NCBI GenBank assembly: GCA_016839585.1
Contig: JAEOTZ010000044.1
Span: 1 to 43,532, forward strand
Source of the DNA: Promethearchaeota archaeon
GTDB taxonomy: Archaea; Asgardarchaeota; Lokiarchaeia; Sigyniarchaeales; SOKP01
Length of the DNA stretch: 43,532 bases
Direction: 5' to 3'
Part shown: one piece after another, positions 38,437 through 43,532 of the stretch
Layout: the number at the start of each line of letters is the position of its first letter
Numbering within the stretch: position 1 is the first letter of the stretch
Program-made: the position numbers and the translations under genes
Notes under the pieces: generated by a model
Database searches by the model: none
Told to the model about the DNA's origin: nothing
The model's input: only the letters and a program-made list of their open reading frames with translations

Positions 38437-39000
38437 ATGAAAGATAACCCCATAACCATAGGATTTGATGATGCTACATTCGAGCTTAAAACAGGTTCAG
38501 AAACAACTCAACTAATAGGAGCTTTGTGTCAGGGAATAAGAATGATTAAAGTCGTTAAATGTGAAATAGTTATTGATGGAAATGATGCAACTGAGAATTT
38601 GATAAAACTTGTAAAACAAAATGAAAATGTCCAATATATTTTAACTCACACAATCACGTTTGGGGGTTTCAATATTGTTGATTTAGAAGAAATCTATCAT
38701 GAAACAGGTAAGCCAATAATTGCTGTTACTGAAAAGAAAGTAGATCTTGATTCTGTCATAAAAGCTTTGAAAAAAAAATTCCCATCCAATTACAATAATA
38801 AAATTAAAAATATTTTTAATGCTGGAGAATTATATGAAACAGATCTAAATACTGCTGGTGGATTTTCAAGAGTCTTTTTTCATTCTAAGGGACTTAAAAT
38901 TGCAGAAGTTGAAGCATTACTAAATAAAATCAATATCGATTCAAAGCTACCTGAATGCGTTAGATTAGCACATTTAATTGGAAGAATCTTTAAAGAATGA
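38437..39000 (+). CDS. DUF99 / endonuclease dU (endonuclease V-like)
   Basis: IGFDD, IDGNDAT, ITFGGFNIVD and LPECVRLAHLI. Confidence 0.88.
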   Translation: MKDNPITIGFDDATFELKTGSETTQLIGALCQGIRMIKVVKCEIVIDGNDATENLIKLVKQNENVQYILTHTITFGGFNIVDLEEIYHETGKPIIAVTEKKVDLDSVIKALKKKFPSNYNNKIKNIFNAGELYETDLNTAGGFSRVFFHSKGLKIAEVEALLNKINIDSKLPECVRLAHLIGRIFKE

Positions 39001-39049
39001 TCCTAAATTAAAAAGAGTATTGTTTTTAAAACGACAATAATTATGACAT

Positions 39050-39517
39050 TTAATTTGTACTAATCTCGTATTCTAAAATATTCCTCATTCTTTCACTTAA
39101 TTCCAGTCTTATTGCTGACATTCCATATGTTTTTATACCTAGCTTCTTTTGAACTTTTTTAGCACTTAAAGCGCCAGGAAGATCTTGCTTGTTCGCGATA
39201 GCAATTATTTTTGTATCTAGATATTTAGAAAATTTTTCAAAAATCTCTCTAGTTTTTTTAACATTCTCTTCTGTAGAATCACATACTAAAATGGTTAAAC
39301 CAGCACCTTTTAGAAAGTCTTCCCACATGAATTGATATCTTTCTTGGCCTCCCAAATCCCATATATTTACCTTATTACCATTAAGTAAAGAATTCTCTAT
39401 TTCTAAACCAACAGTTGGATTTCTTTCATTTGGAATATTTCTGCCTTTCAGCAAGCAAAGTAAAGAAGTTTTTCCTACACCACTATTTCCTAAAAAGCAT
39501 ATTTTAGTCTTTGTTAT
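39050..39517 (-). CDS. Arf-like small GTPase; probable ATA start
   Basis: The P-loop KICFLGNSGVGKTS is in frame upstream of the track's TTG at 39454. PTVG, WDLGGQ, ANKQDLPGA and MSA are present. An in-frame TGA lies 5 codons upstream of ATA 39517. Confidence 0.85.
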   Translation of the reverse strand: MTKTKICFLGNSGVGKTSLLCLLKGRNIPNERNPTVGLEIENSLLNGNKVNIWDLGGQERYQFMWEDFLKGAGLTILVCDSTEENVKKTREIFEKFSKYLDTKIIAIANKQDLPGALSAKKVQKKLGIKTYGMSAIRLELSERMRNILEYEISTN

Positions 39518-39534
39518 AAGAACTTTAAATCAAC

Positions 39535-39567
39535 CTTTTCTAATTAAGACACTTTTAATTAGAAAAG
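39535..39567. repeat. Perfect 13-bp inverted repeat CTTTTCTAATTAA-N7-TTAATTAGAAAAG
   Basis: Read directly: arms at 39535-39547 and 39555-39567. Confidence 0.8.
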
Positions 39568-39613
39568 ATTACTAAAACTTCAAAAATTAAAATAATATTC
39601 ACATATCATGAGA

Positions 39614-39631
39614 GTATTCTAAAAAGAATAC
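39614..39631. repeat. Perfect 7-bp inverted repeat GTATTCT-AAAA-AGAATAC
   Basis: Read directly; lies in the tuf/GTPase intergenic region. Confidence 0.65.
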
Positions 39632-39744
39632 AGCGATGTTATAGATCTAATTTTATATACGAATAATGATAAAAATCCTAAAAATAAAATTTCAAAAAAA
39701 CAATTAAGTAGTATATAATAAAAAAATTCAAAAAAAAAGACGTT

Positions 39745-41043
39745 TTAAGCTCCTGTGGTTAAATCTTTGACGATGCCGACTGCAACGGTTCTACCCATAT
39801 CCCTTACAGCAAATCGACCCATTTCTGGAATAACTTCATATTTCTCAAGACACATTTTCTTGATTGGAGATAATTCAACAATTGCAGCTTCATTTTTCTT
39901 TAAAAATTTCGGTGAATCTTCAATAACTGCTCCAGTTTTCTGATCAAGTTTTTTAGATAAACTAATAAATTTTGCTGCAATTTGTGCCGTATGTGCATGA
40001 ATAACAGGTGTGTATCCTTGAGCTATTGCTGTTGGATGCCAAATAACGATTATCTGTCCTGTCCATTTTCCCTTAGGTGTTATTACCGTTGGAGGATCTG
40101 AAGGATGGCCTAAGCAATCACCTCTCCCAACATCTTCCATTGTAATTCCTCGGATACTAAAACCAACGTTATCTCCGGGTTCTGCCTGAGGAATCTCTTC
40201 ATGGTGCATTTCAATACTTCTGATCTCACCTTTGAAGCCTGTTGGCATTATAATGATTTTATCACCTTTCTTTAGCACTCCAGTTTCTACTCTTCCAACA
40301 GGAACAACTCCAGTTCCTTTGATTTTATATGCATCTTGAATTGGAAGTCTTAAAGGTTTATCTAGAGGTTTTTCTGGAATTGAAAATTGATCAATTGCAT
40401 CGATCAGCGTTGGACCATCATACCAAGGCATTTTATCACTTTTCTTTGATAAATTCTCCATTGCCATTCCACTTGTTGGTACAAAAGGTACTTCTTTAAG
40501 CTTGAAGCCAATATTTTTTAGAAGATCACCAATTGCTTCCTTGCACTCATTAAATCTTGCCTCAGAATAATCATAAATATCAGCTTTATTTATGGCAACA
40601 ACAACTTGTTTTACGCCTAAAGTCTGTGCTAAATAAGCGTGCTCACGAGTTTGTCCATTAGCTGCTATTCCGACTTCCATTTCACCTTTCTTACCAGATA
40701 CAACAAGAATGGCTGCATCAGCTTGGGACGCCCCTGTAATCATGTTTTTAACGAAATCGGCATGACCGGGAGCATCAATAATTGTGAAATAACGATGTGG
40801 AGTTTCAAATTTTCGAAAAGCTAGATCAATAGTAATACCACGTTGTCGCTCTTCTTTTAATTTATCAAAGACGAAAGCGTAGGACCAAGAATCTCTGTCA
40901 TAATCCTTTGCAATTTTATCTAGTTCTCTCGCTTCTCTTTCGGTAACTGCGCCTGTTTCTATGAGTAAAGCACCCATCATGGTAGATTTACCGTGGTCTA
41001 TGTGTCCTATAATAACGAGATTCAAATGTTGTTTTTCAACCAT
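39745..41043 (-). CDS. tuf: Translation elongation factor EF-1alpha
   Basis: GHIDHGKST, ERQRGITID, DAPGHADFVKNMITGASQAD, NKAD, VPVGRVETG and GRFAVRDMG. ATG at 41043 is preferred. Confidence 0.97.
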   Translation of the reverse strand: MVEKQHLNLVIIGHIDHGKSTMMGALLIETGAVTEREARELDKIAKDYDRDSWSYAFVFDKLKEERQRGITIDLAFRKFETPHRYFTIIDAPGHADFVKNMITGASQADAAILVVSGKKGEMEVGIAANGQTREHAYLAQTLGVKQVVVAINKADIYDYSEARFNECKEAIGDLLKNIGFKLKEVPFVPTSGMAMENLSKKSDKMPWYDGPTLIDAIDQFSIPEKPLDKPLRLPIQDAYKIKGTGVVPVGRVETGVLKKGDKIIIMPTGFKGEIRSIEMHHEEIPQAEPGDNVGFSIRGITMEDVGRGDCLGHPSDPPTVITPKGKWTGQIIVIWHPTAIAQGYTPVIHAHTAQIAAKFISLSKKLDQKTGAVIEDSPKFLKKNEAAIVELSPIKKMCLEKYEVIPEMGRFAVRDMGRTVAVGIVKDLTTGA

Positions 41044-41359
41044 TTTAATCAATTTCCTTAATTTTAATTTATAAATATAATTTCAAATACTTTCTTATTT
41101 TAAATTAAATGATAACTTCTTTAATGAAGTCCTATATATATTTTTTACTATAATTAGGGTGTTAAGTTTGGGTAAAATAAAGTTGTTTATTTAAGATCTT
41201 CATATAGTTCATGTTTATTTTCTCTTAATAGTTGAAAAATTTCATTAATTTCTTTTTGGAAGTTAATCCTCTTGCTAGTATCATTAAATATTTCTAAAAT
41301 AACTTTTTTTTGGATATAAAATTTAAAAAAAAACTCTAAATCTAAGATATTTTTTACTA

Positions 41360-41432
41360 GCTTATTCCGTCGAATTAGGTGAACGGTATCTAGAGATGGC
41401 GGCACTTTTTTTCATAATAAGAGGTTTCTTAT
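41360..41432 (+). ncRNA. Candidate structured RNA element (GC-rich hairpin with GAA/A internal loop, U7 tract, second hairpin)
   Basis: CCGTC-GAA-TTAGGT-GAACGGT-ATCTAG-A-GATGG folds with G-U pairs only on the + strand. It is followed by T7 and ATAAGA-GGTT-TCTTAT. Confidence 0.3.
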
Positions 41433-41614
41433 ACGCTGTTAGAATTATATACTTTTTGCCTGTATTATAATCCTTATGTAATTTTATAATAACTCTTTTT
41501 TTTTATTCATATTAATAGGTATTTTATAAGATAATAAAATAAAAAAATAATAGAACGTTAAATAAAATTAAGAATTTATAATAATTGATATTAAACATAA
41601 ATCTAATCGAGATT

Positions 41615-42436
41615 ATGGTTAAAAGTAGAACTAATTTCCCAAGGGAAGGAGAATTTGTAATTGGCAAGATAAAGCAGATTGAAAACCAATATGTCTATGT
41701 AGATTTAGTCGATTATACGGGATTAGCTTCTGAAGAATTCGTAAAAGGGTTCATTCACGTATCTGAAATATCTTCAAGGTGGATAAAGAACATCCGTAAT
41801 TATGTTAGAATCGGTCAAAGAGTTGTGCTTCGAGTATTAAGAGTTGATCCACAAAAAGGACATGTTGATTTGTCATTAAGAAGAGTTAATTCTGCTCAGA
41901 AAGAAAACAGGTTGAAAGAATGGAAATATGCTGTTAAATTTGAAAATTTATTACAATTTCTTACTGAAACAGAAGGTATTAATCTTACCCTAGATCAAGC
42001 TTATGATTTGATTGGTTGGTCAGTTCTAAATCAGTTTGACTCTTATCAAGAAGCTCTTGAAGTCCTTAAAGAAAGTGGTATTGAAATTTTAAATGATTTA
42101 AAAGGTGTGTCAGAAGATGTTAAGAAAATATTATTAAAAATCATTGAAGAAAATGTAAAGATTTCAACGGTAAGCATATCAGGAAAAATAAGACTATCGT
42201 TTAACTCTGAAAATGGAATTGACCAAATCAAAGAATCTTTGATTGAAGCTAAGGAAATAATTGAGTCAAAAGAGACGCGAAGTATAAATATAAGTTATAT
42301 TGCGGCACCGCTTTATCAATTAGAAATTATTTCAAAAGATTATTTAGACGCAGAAAATATTTTATCAGATGCTCTTGAAATTATTGAGCAAAAAACAGAA
42401 CAATATAATGGTAGTTTTGAATTTATTAGAGACTAA
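41615..42436 (+). CDS. eif2a: Translation initiation factor aIF2 alpha subunit
   Basis: FPREGEFVIG, FIHVSEISSRWIKNIR, VLRVDPQKGHVDLSLRRV and YIAAPLYQ. ATG at 41615 is preferred. Confidence 0.95.
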   Translation: MVKSRTNFPREGEFVIGKIKQIENQYVYVDLVDYTGLASEEFVKGFIHVSEISSRWIKNIRNYVRIGQRVVLRVLRVDPQKGHVDLSLRRVNSAQKENRLKEWKYAVKFENLLQFLTETEGINLTLDQAYDLIGWSVLNQFDSYQEALEVLKESGIEILNDLKGVSEDVKKILLKIIEENVKISTVSISGKIRLSFNSENGIDQIKESLIEAKEIIESKETRSINISYIAAPLYQLEIISKDYLDAENILSDALEIIEQKTEQYNGSFEFIRD

Positions 42437-42441
42437 TAAAT

Positions 42442-42627
42442 ATGACAAAATATCTTCAAAAATGTAGAGAATGTAATAGATACGGAATACAGAATCCAGA
42501 ATCAAAATGCCGTTATTGTGGTGGTCAATTAATAAATCCTAAACCACCTAAATTCTCTTTAATGGATAAGTATGGAAAATATCGATTAAAATATTTCAAA
42601 GATGATTTCGATAAGAAATTTAAATAA
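42442..42627 (+). CDS. nop10: H/ACA RNP protein Nop10
   Basis: KCRECNRY...CRYCGG...PKPPKFSLMDKYGKYR; directly after aIF2alpha as in other archaea. Confidence 0.92.
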   Translation: MTKYLQKCRECNRYGIQNPESKCRYCGGQLINPKPPKFSLMDKYGKYRLKYFKDDFDKKFK

Positions 42628-42628
42628 C

Positions 42629-43297
42629 TTAAGAGAGTTCTATTTTTTCTGCAAATTTTTCATAAATAAGGATTTTAGCGTTCTCAAAAGGCAAATTTGC
42701 AATATCTTCTTTTTCAAATGGACCATAATTTATAAGATCAATTCCGACTAATGGAGGGGTTTTTTTCAAAATTCTTATTAGAGTATAATTAAAATCTTCC
42801 TTTCTTTCTTTAATTGTCGATTCAGAAATCTTAGTAATTTTATCCTCACTCAACACTTTAGGTTTTATACTCCGGATTTCTTTACCTGCTTCTATTATAC
42901 CTATTTTTTCAGGAGTTATATCCTCAATTTCTCCATAAATAGAATATTTCTTTACTTTTTTATATCCTTTAATAGAACTTACTAAATTTTGATAGAACAA
43001 TTTTTCAGCTTCAATAACGTTATCTAAATCAATTTCTACCAATGCAAAAGCGAAATTGATTATTTTTATTTCTCGAATCTTTAAAAGATCCTTAAATAAA
43101 TAGTTGAAATTATTCTTATAAGATTCTAATAGTTGGCTTTTTATATTGTCTTTTTTCTCTTCTTCATAATTTTTTATATAGTTAATAATTTTTTTATAGT
43201 CATCGAAAATATCTTGAGATAGAGCTGTTAATTCTGTTTGTTGAAATTCATTAAGCCAATGCTGGTATAACTTCTCGTAATCCTTTTTTAAGTCCAT
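42629..43297 (-). CDS. GINS complex protein Gins15 (Gins51)
   Basis: N-terminal helical A domain (IREIKI) and C-terminal B domain IRILKKTPPLVGIDLINYGPFEKEDIANLPFENAKILI. Confidence 0.88.
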   Translation of the reverse strand: MDLKKDYEKLYQHWLNEFQQTELTALSQDIFDDYKKIINYIKNYEEEKKDNIKSQLLESYKNNFNYLFKDLLKIREIKIINFAFALVEIDLDNVIEAEKLFYQNLVSSIKGYKKVKKYSIYGEIEDITPEKIGIIEAGKEIRSIKPKVLSEDKITKISESTIKERKEDFNYTLIRILKKTPPLVGIDLINYGPFEKEDIANLPFENAKILIYEKFAEKIELS

Positions 43298-43361
43298 AAA
43301 AATTGAAATTGATACTTAATAGTAAATAATAAATTAAATTCACATAAAATTTTATTATTTA

Positions 43362-43532
43362 CTAACTTAATTTTGCTACTTCTCTACATAATAAAAAAAC
43401 GGCTATATGGTGGGGTACTTCAATTATATCTCCTTTTTTGTAAGGACCATATTTTTTTCCTTTAATTCTCGTTTCTGGCACATCATGTTCAATGATTTGA
43501 AGTTTATGGGTTTCTTTTTTACCTAGAAATAC
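43362..43532 (-). CDS. priS: 3' end of probable DNA primase small subunit (GINS-B-like C-terminal domain); starts outside the window
   Basis: Hand translation ...HDVPETRIKGKKYGPYKKGDIIEVPHHIAVFLLCREVAKLS*, resembling the PriS-CTD. priS normally precedes gins15. Confidence 0.7.
   Translation of the reverse strand, partial: VFLGKKETHKLQIIEHDVPETRIKGKKYGPYKKGDIIEVPHHIAVFLLCREVAKLS

Noticed and set aside
39601-39643. AUGA...AAAA loop...GA arrangement resembling a eukaryote/Loki-type SECIS on the + strand
   Set aside because: Helix II is short, helix I is weak, and no + strand gene with a plausible in-frame Sec UGA lies nearby. The UGA stops at 38430-38432 and 38998-39000 are followed by UAA within two codons.
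1238-40824. Numerous 60-114 aa ORFs antisense to or out of frame within long genes (e.g. 1238..1432, 5751..6095, 17147..17491, 34405..34638, 40639..40824)
   Set aside because: They are shadow ORFs fully overlapping well-supported genes, with Ser/Ile/Phe-rich antisense composition and no motifs.
41187-41405. 72-aa minus-strand ORF upstream of tuf
   Set aside because: GTG start, no motif, low-complexity AT-rich sequence, and it overlaps the candidate RNA structure. It cannot be supported as a gene, though it is not excluded.
41391-41462. GAGAUGGC...UGCCUG resemblance to a fluoride riboswitch
   Set aside because: It lacks the GCUrAUGAy 3' motif and a proper P1/P3 arrangement, and there is no fluoride-related gene downstream.
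1-43532. Search for tRNA/rRNA genes, CRISPR arrays, transposases, integrases and defence genes
   Set aside because: I saw no cloverleaf-sized GC-rich segment, no regularly spaced direct repeats, and no recombinase, transposase or defence-system motifs.

Overview
Very AT-rich archaeal chromosomal window, most consistent with an Asgard archaeon of the Lokiarchaeia type. This rests on an Arf-like small GTPase, a eukaryote-like STT3/AglB, an EF-2 with a degenerate diphthamide motif, a longin-like fragment, an orphan 7TM protein and bacterial-type uvrBA. About two thirds is housekeeping: taw1, engB, EF-2 paralog, cca, aIF5B, uvrA/uvrB, aglB, truA, rfcS, eno, METTL5-like MTase, csl4, rpoL, RNase III-like, DUF99, EF-1alpha, aIF2alpha, nop10, gins15 and the 3' end of priS. 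The first ~7 kb is an uncharacterised cluster: a pseudo-GTPase divergent from a tandem pair of novel helical paralogs, an ECF-S/DUF2085 fusion, a hydrolase, two membrane proteins sharing a Zn ribbon, and a multi-wHTH regulator. Other notable points are a winged-helix domain inserted in Taw1, five beta-sandwich repeats appended to STT3, two genes whose conserved N-termini need non-canonical starts (ACG, ATA), a PadR-linked triple ICMT-family array, a rearranged priS-gins15/aIF2alpha-nop10 cluster, and structured intergenic elements on both sides of tuf. I saw no tRNA, rRNA, CRISPR array or mobile element. All calls come from motif recognition by eye; no searches were run.
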